Assembly: GCA_963734495.1 (NCBI GenBank)
Contig: CAVTHK010000002.1
Location: 64,001-128,000 of the forward strand
Direction: 5' to 3'
Length of the DNA stretch: 64,000 nucleotides
Source: an uncultured Spirochaetota bacterium
GTDB taxonomy: Bacteria > Spirochaetota > Spirochaetia > SZUA-6 > CAVTHK01
Both the position numbers and the translations under genes were made by a program. The notes under the pieces were generated by a model. It saw only the letters and a program-made list of their open reading frames with translations, was not told the DNA's origin and did not search any database. Below, in pieces: positions 1-9,785 of this stretch. Within the stretch, counting starts at the first letter, position 1; the number at the start of each line of letters is the position of its first letter.

Positions 1-25
1 GGGCGGGCGGCAGCCTTCCTTCAAT

Positions 26-805
26 TTATTTTCCGGTGATCTCACCGATCGCCTTTTTCCAGGTCGACGCGAGGATGGCGACGTCGTGGCCGAGCTCGAC
101 CATGCGGAAGCCCATCTCGGTGTAGTGCTTGTACTCTTTGGCGAACGGCTCGCCGAGGGGGAGCGAGACCCACTTGCTGCGCTTCGCGGCGATCTCGCAG
201 ACGCGCTTCATCGCGTCCTGCACCTTGGCGTCGTTCTTGCGCGGCTCGCGATAACCGAGAGACATCGAGAAGTCCGACGGCCCGAAGAAGACGTAGTCGA
301 GGCCGTCCATGGCGCAGATCTTGTCGAGGTCCTCGACGACCTCCTGGTTCTCGACCATGATGCCGACCATGAGCTCCGAGTCGCACCAGTCGACCCAGCT
401 CTTGCCGCCTGACAGGCCCCAGCGGCCGGCCGGCGTGAACGTGTTGTAGCCGCGCACGCCCTTGGGGGCGAAGCGGGCGGCGCGCACGATGTCGCGCGCC
501 TCCTCGTAGCTCGTGACGTCGCAGACCAGGATCGCGTCGGCGCCCGCCTGCAAGGCCTTGGAGATCAGGTAGGGCTGGCCCTTCTCCACGCGCACGAGCG
601 CGGAGGTGCCGCCGATCTGGCAGCCGCGGATCATGTTCTCGAGCGCCTCATCGCGGCGCCACGAGTACTCCGTGTCGATGCGGACGAAATCCAGCCCGAC
701 GTAGCCCGCGACCTCGCAGACGGCCGGGCTGAACGTGTCGAGGCACGTGCCGATGGCCACGCGGCCTTCCTTCAGCGTCTTCCTCAGCTTGTTCTGGCGT
801 TCCAT
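26..805 (-). CDS. HpcH/HpaI class II aldolase family protein (2-keto-3-deoxy sugar-acid aldolase-like)
   Basis: Start MERQNKLRKTLKEG at 805; family motifs GLDFVRIDTEY, AARFAPKGVRG, MVE and DYVFFGPSDFSMSLG. Confidence 0.85.
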   Translation of the reverse strand: MERQNKLRKTLKEGRVAIGTCLDTFSPAVCEVAGYVGLDFVRIDTEYSWRRDEALENMIRGCQIGGTSALVRVEKGQPYLISKALQAGADAILVCDVTSYEEARDIVRAARFAPKGVRGYNTFTPAGRWGLSGGKSWVDWCDSELMVGIMVENQEVVEDLDKICAMDGLDYVFFGPSDFSMSLGYREPRKNDAKVQDAMKRVCEIAAKRSKWVSLPLGEPFAKEYKHYTEMGFRMVELGHDVAILASTWKKAIGEITGK

Positions 806-886
806 GCTCTCTCCTGGAAACTGCGAATTTTGCATCCGACGCTTCTTTCGCGCGCGCTCGGCTATGCAACGGTCGAGCCGCGAAAG

Positions 887-917
887 CGTTATAACACCCT
901 TGGATGGGATAATCAAG
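887..917 (-). promoter_or_regulatory. Putative sigma70 promoter of the aldolase gene with an overlapping operator-like GTGTTATAACG
   Basis: Minus strand reads TTGATT-17 nt-TATAAC; the same 11-mer recurs at 3375-3385. Confidence 0.45.
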
Positions 918-959
918 GTGAAGAAGGAAGGCTGCTGCCCATGGTCAGCTGCGTTTCCC

Positions 960-1110
960 GTGGGCCCGGACGGGCCCGCCCGTCCGCGGCTGAAGCGATC
1001 GTCCGGCATGAGGGCGTCCACGGCTGTCTCGCCCGGCCGCAGCCCTGGATGGCAGCCGCCAGCTCCTCTCGGCGAAAGAGGCGGTGGCGGGTCAGGAAGG
1101 CCTCGGTCAT
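960..1110 (-). pseudogene. Possible degraded N-terminal fragment of an AbiEi-like (type IV TA antitoxin) wHTH gene
   Basis: MTEAFLTRHRLFRREELAAA, then ETAVDALM in a shifted frame; resemblance from memory only; an inverted repeat lies directly upstream. Confidence 0.25.
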
Positions 1111-1114
1111 GGTG

Positions 1115-1160
1115 TCCGATCTCCGTAACCTGCAACTATTCACACGTTTCGGAGATCGGA
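1115..1160. repeat. 15-bp inverted repeat with a 16-nt spacer
   Basis: tccgatctccgtaac (1115-1129) versus gtttcggagatcgga (1146-1160), 14/15 complementary. Confidence 0.8.
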
Positions 1161-1211
1161 AGCAAGTGCCGCTCTTTGTCCTACGTGGCTGGCCGGACGC
1201 TTCCGCGGAAG

Positions 1212-3217
1212 GTGCGCCAGGCAAAGCCTGGGTAAGGAGGACGCCATGTGAGAACGTGACTGAAACCTTACGGAGGAACCCGGCGGGACAACCCCGCCCG
1301 GCAAAGGCTGGCGACCAGCCGGAACCGAGTGTTGCGTGGTACGGGGGTAACCCCGGCTGCGAAGCGTACACAGGGAGCGTGCAGGCCGTGTGATTGAGCC
1401 TCGAAATGAAACTGATTGCGGGGGCCGTCGTGGTTTTCTGAGCGGCGGCAGCACCGAGGTGCCGCAATCGCCTGGCACCGAGGCCCTACCGGGGTCGAAG
1501 AGCACGGCATACACGCACAGGGGTTCCCCAGGAACCTGGGAGGTCCTGTCGTCTCCATCGCTGGAGAGCGGGAAGGGCGCCCGCACAACAAAGAGCCCAG
1601 GCCCCACCTCGGCGCGCTCGACACGGTGGGGAGCGAAAGGGACGAGCGCGCGATGGTAAGCGCCGTGCGAAGGCAACGAAGCGCGGCGGGAAGGGCGGCA
1701 GGAAGTCGGAGCTCTCCACCGTACCTGTGAAGCAGGGGAACCAACCCGAGGGACCCTGTGGAGGGAGAGGGGAGCCGGGCTACGGAACCACTGGAGGGAA
1801 AGATGCAGGGAACACCGAGTCCCACAAGCGTCTCAACGAGACTACAGCGGGTAGCGGAACTGGCGAGGAAAGCACCGGAGATGGTGTTCACGACCCTGGC
1901 CCATCACATCGACCTGGAGCTGTTGCTGGAGGCCTATCGGAAGACCCGCAAGGACGGGGCGCCCGGCATCGACGGCCAGACGGCAACCGAGTACGCGGTG
2001 AAGCTGGAGGAGAACCTTCGGTCGCTGCTGGATCGGTTCAAGTCGGGCGCGTACCGAGCGCCGCCGGTGCGGCGGGTGTACATCCCCAAGGCGGACGGCA
2101 AGACGCTACGGCCCATCGGGATACCGACCTTCGAGGACAAAGTCCTGCAGAGGGCGGTGACGATGGTGCTGGAAGCGGTCTACGAGCAGGACTTTCTGGA
2201 CTGCTCGTACGGCTTCCGACCGAACCGGTCGGCCCACCAGGCGCTGGAAGCGCTATGGCAGGGACTGATGGACATGGGCGGTGGCGTGGTGATCGAAGTG
2301 GACATCAAAAGCTACTTCGACACGATTGGGCACCAGCACCTTCGGGAGTTCCTCGACAAGAGGGTGCGAGACGGAGTGCTCCGTCGAGCGATCGACAAGT
2401 GGCTGAAGGCAGGGGTGTTTGAAGACGGCAGCGTGCATCGCGCCGAGGAGGGAAGTCCCCAAGGAGGCGTGGTGTCGCCGCTGCTGGCGAACATCTACCT
2501 GCACGAAGTCTTGGACACGTGGTTCGCAGCGACCGTGGTGCCTCGCCTGCGGGCGAAGGCATTCATGGTCCGCTATGCGGACGACGCGGTCATCGTGCTT
2601 GCCTCCGAGGAGGACGCACGCAGAGTCATGGAAGTACTGGGCAAGCGGTTTGCTCGGTACGGCCTGACGCTGAATCCGACAAAGACCAGGATGGTGAACT
2701 TTCGCCGACCTGGAAGGGGCAAAGGTCCCTCTGGACCGCCGGTGGGAAGTTTCGACATGCTGGGCTTCACCTGGTTCTGGGGGAAGTCCCGCCAGGGGAA
2801 GCCCGTCGTCAAGCGCAAGACATCGTCCAGCCGTTTTCGCCGAGCGCTCGGCCGTATCGCTGACTGGTGCCGCCAACACCGGCACGAGCCCGTGGCCGCA
2901 CAGCACTTCGACCTGTGCCGGAAGCTTCAGGGGCACTACGCGTATTACGGTATCACTGGGAACGTGCGCGCCCTGAGTCGCTTTCTCCACGAGGTCGAGC
3001 GTGCATGGCGCTACTGGCTGAACCGTCGGTCAGCGCGAGCCAAGATGGTATGGGAACGCTTCCGTCGGCTGTTGCAGCATTACCCGCTGCCGCCGGTGAC
3101 GAATCGTGCACAGCGTCTACCGTATCGCAGCGAGCCCGTAGACTGAGGAGCCGGATGCGGGAAATCCGCACGTCCGGATCTGTGGGAGCCGCGGGGGGCA
3201 ACCCCCGCGGCCGCGAC
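1212..3217 (+). mobile_element. Group II intron (bacterial IIB-like, no endonuclease domain); 3' boundary uncertain
   Basis: 5' GTGCG at 1212; stem-loop 1424-1449 whose loop TTTCTG can pair with the upstream exon CGGAAG (EBS1/IBS1, 4 WC + 2 GU); domain V gagccggatgcgggaaatccgcacgtccggatct at about 3148-3181 with AGC triad; domain VI-like hairpin follows. Confidence 0.9.
1803..3146 (+). CDS. ltrA: Group II intron reverse transcriptase/maturase
   Basis: RT0 [65 protein letters not shown]; catalytic YADD; thumb domain LQGHYAYY; no HNH domain. Confidence 0.95.
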   Translation: MQGTPSPTSVSTRLQRVAELARKAPEMVFTTLAHHIDLELLLEAYRKTRKDGAPGIDGQTATEYAVKLEENLRSLLDRFKSGAYRAPPVRRVYIPKADGKTLRPIGIPTFEDKVLQRAVTMVLEAVYEQDFLDCSYGFRPNRSAHQALEALWQGLMDMGGGVVIEVDIKSYFDTIGHQHLREFLDKRVRDGVLRRAIDKWLKAGVFEDGSVHRAEEGSPQGGVVSPLLANIYLHEVLDTWFAATVVPRLRAKAFMVRYADDAVIVLASEEDARRVMEVLGKRFARYGLTLNPTKTRMVNFRRPGRGKGPSGPPVGSFDMLGFTWFWGKSRQGKPVVKRKTSSSRFRRALGRIADWCRQHRHEPVAAQHFDLCRKLQGHYAYYGITGNVRALSRFLHEVERAWRYWLNRRSARAKMVWERFRRLLQHYPLPPVTNRAQRLPYRSEPVD

Positions 3218-3330
3218 GAATAGGAACGATAACGCGAATCTTGCCGCCCCTCTGCGCGAGATAGCGACGCTTCCGCGGAAGCGCATGCGGCATCCACCTC
3301 CATCGGTCGGGCTGGTGCCGCGGCTTTGAG

Positions 3331-3385
3331 TTGACAGGCGACCGCGGAGGGGCTATAAGGACAGCCGCATCCGAGTGTTATAACG
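3331..3385 (+). promoter_or_regulatory. Putative sigma70 promoter with downstream operator-like GTGTTATAACG
   Basis: TTGACA (3331)-17 nt-TATAAG (3354); palindromic GTTATAAC core within 3375-3385. Confidence 0.55.
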
Positions 3386-3421
3386 GCCAGCGGGGGACCG
3401 TTCGATCGTGCAAGTCCCGGC

Positions 3422-4510
3422 ATGGGAGTGGGTTACATGGCAGACATGCTGCTGAAGGTGAAGCCGGCGCGCGAGTTCTGCGAGCGCGCGTTCGAGGCCG
3501 CGGGGCTTCCACGCGAGGACGCCGCGCTCGTGACCGACAACCTGATCCAGGCGGACCTCCGCGGGCTCGGGTCGCACGGCATCTCGCGGGTGCTGGTCTA
3601 CGTCAATCGCCTCCGGGGCGGCTGGGTCAACACCCGGCCGAACATCAAGGTCCTCCACGAAAAGCCGGGCCTGCTGCACCTCGACGGCGACAACGGGATG
3701 GGCGCCGTCGTCGGCGCCCGCGCCATGGACATGTGCATCGAGAAGGCGGCCCGGGCCGGGTCCGCGACCTGCTCCGTGCAGAAGGCGAACCACTTCGGCA
3801 TCGCCTGGTTCTACACGCAGCGGGCAGTGGCGCGTGACATGGTGGGCGTGGCCGCCTCCAACAACCCGCCGAACATGGCGCCGTGGGGCGGCATCACGCC
3901 GATGATCGGCACGAACCCCTTCAGCCTCGCCGTCCCGGCGGGAAAGCACAGGCCGATGGTGCTCGACATGTCGAGCAGCATCGTGGCGCGCGGCCGCATC
4001 AACGTGGCCGAGATCGAGAACAAGCCGATCCCGCTCGGGTGGGCGATCGACCGCGACGGCAGGCCGACGACCGACGCCGTCGAGGCGCTCAAGGGCTCGG
4101 TCCTGCCCTTCGGGCAGCACAAGGGCTACGGGATCGCGCTGATGGTCGACGTGTTCTGCGGCGTGCTCAGCGGCGCCGCGTTCAGCAATCACGTCGGGCA
4201 GCTCTGGGGCAACACGCAGAGCGTGCAGGACATCGGACTGTACTTCTTCGTCATGGACCCCGGGGCGACGATCGGAGCCGCGGGGTTCAAGGCGAGGATC
4301 GACCAGCTCATCGACGAGCTCAAGGGGTGCGAGCCGGCCGACGGCTTCAAGCAGGTGCTGGTGCCCGGCGAGATCGAGTTCGCCAACGAGGCGGCCAACG
4401 CGAAGCGCGGCATCGCCATCGGGCCGGGCGTGCTGCGGGACCTCAACAGCCTCAAGAAGGACTATCGCATCGACTTGAACCTCGAGGAGCACATCAGCGC
4501 GCCGGCCTGA
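3422..4510 (+). CDS. Ldh_2 family oxidoreductase (malate/L-sulfolactate/ureidoglycolate dehydrogenase-like)
   Basis: ADLRGLGSHG, NHFGIA, GTNPFSLAVP, LDMSSS, HKGYG and VLVPGE motifs. Confidence 0.9.
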   Translation: MGVGYMADMLLKVKPAREFCERAFEAAGLPREDAALVTDNLIQADLRGLGSHGISRVLVYVNRLRGGWVNTRPNIKVLHEKPGLLHLDGDNGMGAVVGARAMDMCIEKAARAGSATCSVQKANHFGIAWFYTQRAVARDMVGVAASNNPPNMAPWGGITPMIGTNPFSLAVPAGKHRPMVLDMSSSIVARGRINVAEIENKPIPLGWAIDRDGRPTTDAVEALKGSVLPFGQHKGYGIALMVDVFCGVLSGAAFSNHVGQLWGNTQSVQDIGLYFFVMDPGATIGAAGFKARIDQLIDELKGCEPADGFKQVLVPGEIEFANEAANAKRGIAIGPGVLRDLNSLKKDYRIDLNLEEHISAPA

Positions 4511-4554
4511 GCCGGCGCCAAGGCCCGCGGGGCGCTGCACGAAGAGGGGGAAAC

Positions 4555-5649
4555 ATGACTTCGCGCGAACGAGTGCTCAGCGCGCTCGCATTCGAGGAGC
4601 CGGACCGCGTCCCGGTCGACTACAAGGTACGGCGCGACGTGAGCGAGAAGCTCGCCGCCCACGTGGGGGCGGCCGACCAGGAGCAGCTCTACCGGCGGCT
4701 CGGCATCGACTTCCGCAGCGTGGGCGTGCGGGAGCATCACGCGGCCTTCGAGGCGCGCACGACCGGCGCCCTCGGCGGCAGCATGGAGAAGCGCGGCAAG
4801 CGGTTCGTGTTCCGCGCCGACGGCGCGTACGAGGACGCCTGGGGCATCGCGTTCCGGCCCGGCGCCGACGGGATCTACGAGCAGTGGGTCTCCGGCCCCT
4901 TCGTCGCCACCGACGACCTCGACAGCTTCGCCTGGCCGGGCATGGACGTCTTCGACTCCGTGGAGGCGGTGAAGCGCCGCGTGGCCGCCTGGGGCGGCGA
5001 ATACGCCATCGAGGCTTCGGTCAACTACCCCTTCAAGATCTGCTGGCAGATGAGGGGCCTCGAGAACTTCCTCTGCGACACGCTGCTCGAGCCCGATTTC
5101 GCCCGGGCCCTCTGGAAGAGGGTCGCCTCCTACGAGCAGGAAAAGGCCGTGCGCGCGGCCTCGGCCGGAGTCGACGTCGTGGCGTTCGTCGGCGACATCG
5201 CGATGCAGAACCGCATGATGCTCAGCGTCCCCGCATGGAGGGCGATCGACAAGCCGCTGTTCGCGGGCATGATCGCGGCGGTCAAACGGGCCAACCCCTC
5301 GGTCCGCATCATGTACCACAGCGACGGCGACCTGCGCGAGATCATCGACGACCTGATCGAGGTCGGCGTCGAGGTCCTCAACCCGATCCAGCCCGAATCC
5401 ATGAACCCGGGCGAGCTCAAGCGGCGCTACGGCCGGCGGCTGGTGCTCAACGGAGCGGTGTCGATCCAGAGGACGCTTCCGTTCGGCTCGGTCGCCGACG
5501 TGCGCGCGGAGATCCGCTCGCTGATCGACGAGTGCGCGCCCGGAGGGGGCTTCATCCTCGCGCCTTCGAACCACATCCAGGCCGACGTCCCGTTCGAGAA
5601 CACGCTCGAGGTCTACCGCGCCGCCGGGTCGATGCAGGGGCAGGGCTGA
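4555..5649 (+). CDS. Uroporphyrinogen decarboxylase/MtaA-like superfamily protein
   Basis: MTSRERVLSALAFEEPDRVPVD start; RGLENFL; YHSDG; LNPIQP; GGFILAPSNHI. Confidence 0.85.
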   Translation: MTSRERVLSALAFEEPDRVPVDYKVRRDVSEKLAAHVGAADQEQLYRRLGIDFRSVGVREHHAAFEARTTGALGGSMEKRGKRFVFRADGAYEDAWGIAFRPGADGIYEQWVSGPFVATDDLDSFAWPGMDVFDSVEAVKRRVAAWGGEYAIEASVNYPFKICWQMRGLENFLCDTLLEPDFARALWKRVASYEQEKAVRAASAGVDVVAFVGDIAMQNRMMLSVPAWRAIDKPLFAGMIAAVKRANPSVRIMYHSDGDLREIIDDLIEVGVEVLNPIQPESMNPGELKRRYGRRLVLNGAVSIQRTLPFGSVADVRAEIRSLIDECAPGGGFILAPSNHIQADVPFENTLEVYRAAGSMQGQG

Positions 5650-5747
5650 ACCGTGCCGCGCCCGGCGCTCGGGGCCGGACAACCCTCGACGACCGGGACG
5701 CCGTGATATAGTATGGGCACCCGAATGCGTTTCCCGTGGAGGCGTTC

Positions 5748-7181
5748 ATGAATTTCCCCTGGCGGATCTTCATCGATCTGGGGATCATCTCCGTCGCGCT
5801 CCTCATCTCCACGGTGATCCGCGCACGGGTGCGCTTTTTCCAGCGCTACCTGATCCCCAACTCGCTCACCGCGGGGTTTCTGCTGCTCTTCTTCTACAAC
5901 TACGGCGCCCCCCACTTCGGGCTCGACATGAACGGGCTCGGGGCGCTCGCCTACCACCTGCTGAACATTTCGTTCGTGGCGATGGTCTTGCGGCACCCCG
6001 CGCCTGCCGGCGGCCGCGTGCGTCGGCGCGCCTTTGGCATGGCGGTCGGCCTCATCTCGCAGTACGCGGTGCAGGCAACCCTCGGCCTGGTGCTGACGTT
6101 CGTGTTCATCTGGACCATCATGCCCAACCTTTTCCCCACGTTCGGGTTCTTCGTGCCGCTCGGCTTTTCGCTCGGGCCCGGCCAGGCGTACGCGATCGGC
6201 GCAGGATGGGAACGCTTCGGATTCAAAGGCGGCGGCAGCATCGGGCTCACGTTCGCGGCGCTCGGCTTTCTCTGGGCCTGCTTTGGCGGCGTGCCGCTGC
6301 TGAACATCGGCATCCGCAAGGGCTGGATCAGCGGAGAGCGGCTCAAGGGCGAGGTTGCCACAAGGGGCATCTATCCCCGCGGCGGCGAGTTCCCGGTCGG
6401 CTCGCGCCTGACGACCGAGAGCGAGGCCATCGACACGATGGGCATCAACCTCGCGGTGGCGCTGTTCGTCTACCTCCTGAGCTATCTGCTTCTACAGGGC
6501 ATCACCTGGCTGCTTTCGCTCGCCGGCAGGGCCGGGCAGGACCTCGCGGTGAGCCTGTGGGGCATCGCGTTCATCTTTGCCGCAATCGTCGCCATGGTGG
6601 TGCGGGCCATCATGACCGCCACGCGCACCGACCACGTGCTCGACGACGGCACCCTCACGCGCCTCTCCGGAGCGGCGGTCGACCTCATGGTGGCCGGCTC
6701 GCTCGGCGCGGTCTCGATAGTAGTCGTGATCGAGTACTGGCTCCCCATACTGGTGATGTCCACGCTCGCTGGATTTCTCGCCGTCGTGATGCTGCCTTGG
6801 ATGGGGTCGCGCATGTTCGACGACCACCATTTCGAGCGCATGATGATCATATACGGTTGCGCCACGGGCACCCTGGCGACGGGCCTGGCGCTGTTGCGCG
6901 TGGTGGATCCGGAGTTCGAGAGCCCCGTCGCGACCGACTACATGTACTCGTCGGCCCTCGTCTTTGTCCTTGTCATCCCGATGATCATCATGATCAACCT
7001 TCCCGCGTACGGCTACACCCAGCATCAGCCGATCTACTACTGGGTTTCCCTCGCGATCTGCGTCGCGTACATGATCTTCTCGGCGATCGGCTATCAGGTG
7101 CTTGCGCGCCGAAACGCCTACCGCGAGCCATCGAAGCTCTGGCTGGCCCGCGGCGCCCGCCGCCCGGGCAAGGAGGGCTGA
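5748..7181 (+). CDS. Sodium/glutamate symporter (GltS-like) membrane transporter
   Basis: About 12 hydrophobic segments; FFQRYLIPNSLTAG, GFSLGPG and YGCATGTLATGLALLRVVDPEF motifs. Confidence 0.75.
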   Translation: MNFPWRIFIDLGIISVALLISTVIRARVRFFQRYLIPNSLTAGFLLLFFYNYGAPHFGLDMNGLGALAYHLLNISFVAMVLRHPAPAGGRVRRRAFGMAVGLISQYAVQATLGLVLTFVFIWTIMPNLFPTFGFFVPLGFSLGPGQAYAIGAGWERFGFKGGGSIGLTFAALGFLWACFGGVPLLNIGIRKGWISGERLKGEVATRGIYPRGGEFPVGSRLTTESEAIDTMGINLAVALFVYLLSYLLLQGITWLLSLAGRAGQDLAVSLWGIAFIFAAIVAMVVRAIMTATRTDHVLDDGTLTRLSGAAVDLMVAGSLGAVSIVVVIEYWLPILVMSTLAGFLAVVMLPWMGSRMFDDHHFERMMIIYGCATGTLATGLALLRVVDPEFESPVATDYMYSSALVFVLVIPMIIMINLPAYGYTQHQPIYYWVSLAICVAYMIFSAIGYQVLARRNAYREPSKLWLARGARRPGKEG

Positions 7182-7184
7182 TCC

Positions 7185-8087
7185 ATGTCGCAGCCCCGCT
7201 CCCTGCCGCCGCCCACGGTCCTCACCCCGGCTGCCGGCGCCCCGACCGCCGCCGGCGCGGTCGCCGGCGCCGCGAAGCTCTACGTCCGCTGCGACGTCGA
7301 GGGAGCCAGCGGCGTCGTGAGCCCCGAGCAGGCCCGCGGGGCGGAGCAGGCCTTTGGCAGGCGCATGCTCATGGCGGACCTCAAGGCGCTCATCGAAGGT
7401 CTCCGCCAGGGCGGCGCCAGCGAGGTCCTTGTCTACGACGGTCACGACCAGGGCCTGAACGTGGACCCCGGCGAGCTGCCCCCCGGCGTGATGCTCATCA
7501 GCGGCCGGCCTCCCTATCGCCAGGACTGGAGCGGCGGGCTCGACGACACCTTTGCGGGCCTGATCCTCCTCGGCGCGCACGCGGCCGCCGGGACCGAGGT
7601 CGCGCTGCTCCCGCACACCTACGACGCGGACATCGTGGCGCTGCGGGCGAACGGCAGCGAGCTCGGCGAGATCGGGCTCGAGGCGGCGATCGCGGGCGAC
7701 CTCGGCGTGCCGCTGCTCATGATCACGGGCGACTCCGCGGCCGTGGCCGAGGGGTGCGCCGTCGCGCCCGAGGCGCTCGGCGTCGTCGTCAAGGAGGCCG
7801 TCGACCGCAGGGGCGCGCTCTGTTACGCGCTTGCGGTGACCACCGACCTGATCCGGAGGGCGGCGCAGCAGCTCGCCAAGGACCCCCCGCGCGCGACGCC
7901 GTTCAGGATCGAATCCCCGGTGACGCTCGAGGTCGAGCTCGCCCCGGGCCAGCTCCTCGACAGGATGCGCGAGCTCTTCCCGCGCGACGTCAAGGGGGAG
8001 CGCAAGGTCCGCATCAGGGGAAACACGGTGACCGAGGCCTGGGCCGGGTTCCAGGGCCGCTGGATGCGGGCGGTGCGTCGTACGTAA
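7185..8087 (+). CDS. M55 family D-aminopeptidase (DppA-like)
   Basis: LYVRCDVEGASG (DxE), YDGH, GAHA, PHT, GEIG and ITGD motifs. Confidence 0.8.
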   Translation: MSQPRSLPPPTVLTPAAGAPTAAGAVAGAAKLYVRCDVEGASGVVSPEQARGAEQAFGRRMLMADLKALIEGLRQGGASEVLVYDGHDQGLNVDPGELPPGVMLISGRPPYRQDWSGGLDDTFAGLILLGAHAAAGTEVALLPHTYDADIVALRANGSELGEIGLEAAIAGDLGVPLLMITGDSAAVAEGCAVAPEALGVVVKEAVDRRGALCYALAVTTDLIRRAAQQLAKDPPRATPFRIESPVTLEVELAPGQLLDRMRELFPRDVKGERKVRIRGNTVTEAWAGFQGRWMRAVRRT

Positions 8088-8096
8088 ACTCCAGGC

Positions 8097-9615
8097 ATGA
8101 CCCTGCCTGCTCTCCGCGGAGCGATCGGCTCCGACCCGTCGCTCATCGAACGCTGCAGCCGCGACATGAGCCGCTACCGCGTGCGGCCTCGCCTGGTCGC
8201 CTCCCCCGCGGACGAGGGGGACGTGCTGCGCCTCCTCGCCTACGCGGCGGAGGAGCGCGTGCCGGTGACCTGCCGCGGCGCCGGCTCGAACCTGTCGGGG
8301 TCCGCGGTCGGCCCCGGCATGGTGATGCTGACCGATCGCATGAGCGGCCTGCTGGCGATCGGCGCGAGCAGCGCGACCGCGCAGCCCGGCATCAAGTACG
8401 AGCAGCTCAACCGCCTCGCCGCGGCCAAAGGCCTCGCGCTTCGCTACGACGTGAGCTCGGGGCACTTTTCGACGATCGGCGGCAACATCTCGACCAAAGC
8501 GGGCGGCCTGCGCAGCGTCCGCTACGGGAACGTGGCGCGCTGGGTCCTCGGCGTCCGCTTCGTCTCGCCGGAGCTCGGCGTCGTGGACACGCGCGTTGGG
8601 GTCCCCGCGCCCCTGGCCGCCGCCCTGCAGGCGCTGCGCTCCGATCTCCTGGCCGACGCAGCCGGCGCGGACCGCGCTGGCGCGCCGCGGCTCGCTCAAG
8701 ACGGCAAGCGGCTACAACCTGCGCGGGCTGGTCGACGCCGCAACTCCCGAAGCCATGGTCGCGCAGCTGATGGTCGGCTCGGTGGGGACGCTGGGCGTGC
8801 TCACCGAGGTCGAGGTCGCGCTCCTCCCCGCGCCGCGCGCTCAGATCCTCCTCGCCGCGTTCTTCCAGCGGCTCGAGGACGCCTGCGGCCTGGCGGCCGA
8901 GCTCGCCGCGACGGGGCCCTCCGCGCTCGAGGCGATGGACGACGAAGGGACCCGGCTGCTCCTGGCCCTGGCGCCCGCCGGCGATCTGCCGGCGGCCGCC
9001 GATGCGGGCGCGGTCCTCCTGGTGGAGCACGAGGAGTCGGCCGCAGGATCGCCCGGCGCGGTCCCACCGGATGCCGAGGCTGCGCTGCGCATCCTCAACG
9101 CGCGCGCGCTTGCCGTCTGGCGGGTGCCGCCGTCCGCGGCCGAATCCGTCTGGAACGTGCGCTGGTCCATGCTCACCTCGATCCGCCGGGCGCACGAAAC
9201 CGACGACCGGCGCTTCCTCTCGTTCGTCGACGACCTCGCCGTTCCCATCGGGGCGCTCGGGTCCTTCCTCGAGGAGGTCACGAGGATCTTTGAGGCTGAA
9301 GGTATGCGCTCGGTCATCTACGGCCATCTCGGCGAGGGCAACCTTCACATGAGACCTCTGATCGAGAGGCAGGGCTGGCGCGAACGGGTCCACCGCGTGG
9401 CCGACCGCTGCTTCGAGGCCGCGCTCCGGCGGGGCGGCACGCTCACCGCCGAGCACGGCTCCGGCCGCAACCGCGCGCCCTTTCTGGCCCGCGAGTGGGG
9501 GGAGCGGCTGTACGGCTACTTCGGGAGGGTCAAGACGATCTTCGACCCCGGCGACCTGCTGAACCCGGGGGTCATGTTCTCGGATCGCGACTTCACGGAG
9601 GAGCTGGAGTTCTGA
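8097..9615 (+). CDS. FAD-binding oxidoreductase (GlcD/D-lactate dehydrogenase-like), frameshifted near 8660
   Basis: N-terminal RGAGSNLSG and TIGGNISTKAGG in one frame; KTASGYNL, GSVGTLG, GHLGEGNLH, TAEHGSG and FDPGDLLNPG in another. Confidence 0.85.
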
Positions 9616-9785
9616 CCCTGGCTGCCGCGCCGTGGATACGGGTCCGGCAGGGCGCGGGCTGATGCGCCGTGATGGACCGGCCGCCGCCTTCGAGGAGGCG
9701 GCTCCGGCAGCCCCTCGGGGGGCTGGGCAGAAAGGCCGCAGATGTCGATAATAGAAGGAACCACGAGTCGAAGGAGCTCTCACCT

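Noticed and set aside
1803-3146. RT as a retron, DGR, Abi or CRISPR-associated RT
   Set aside because: It has an RT0 domain, a thumb/maturase domain, a 5' GTGCG and a canonical domain V, all pointing to a group II intron; no template/variable repeat pair or cas genes are present.
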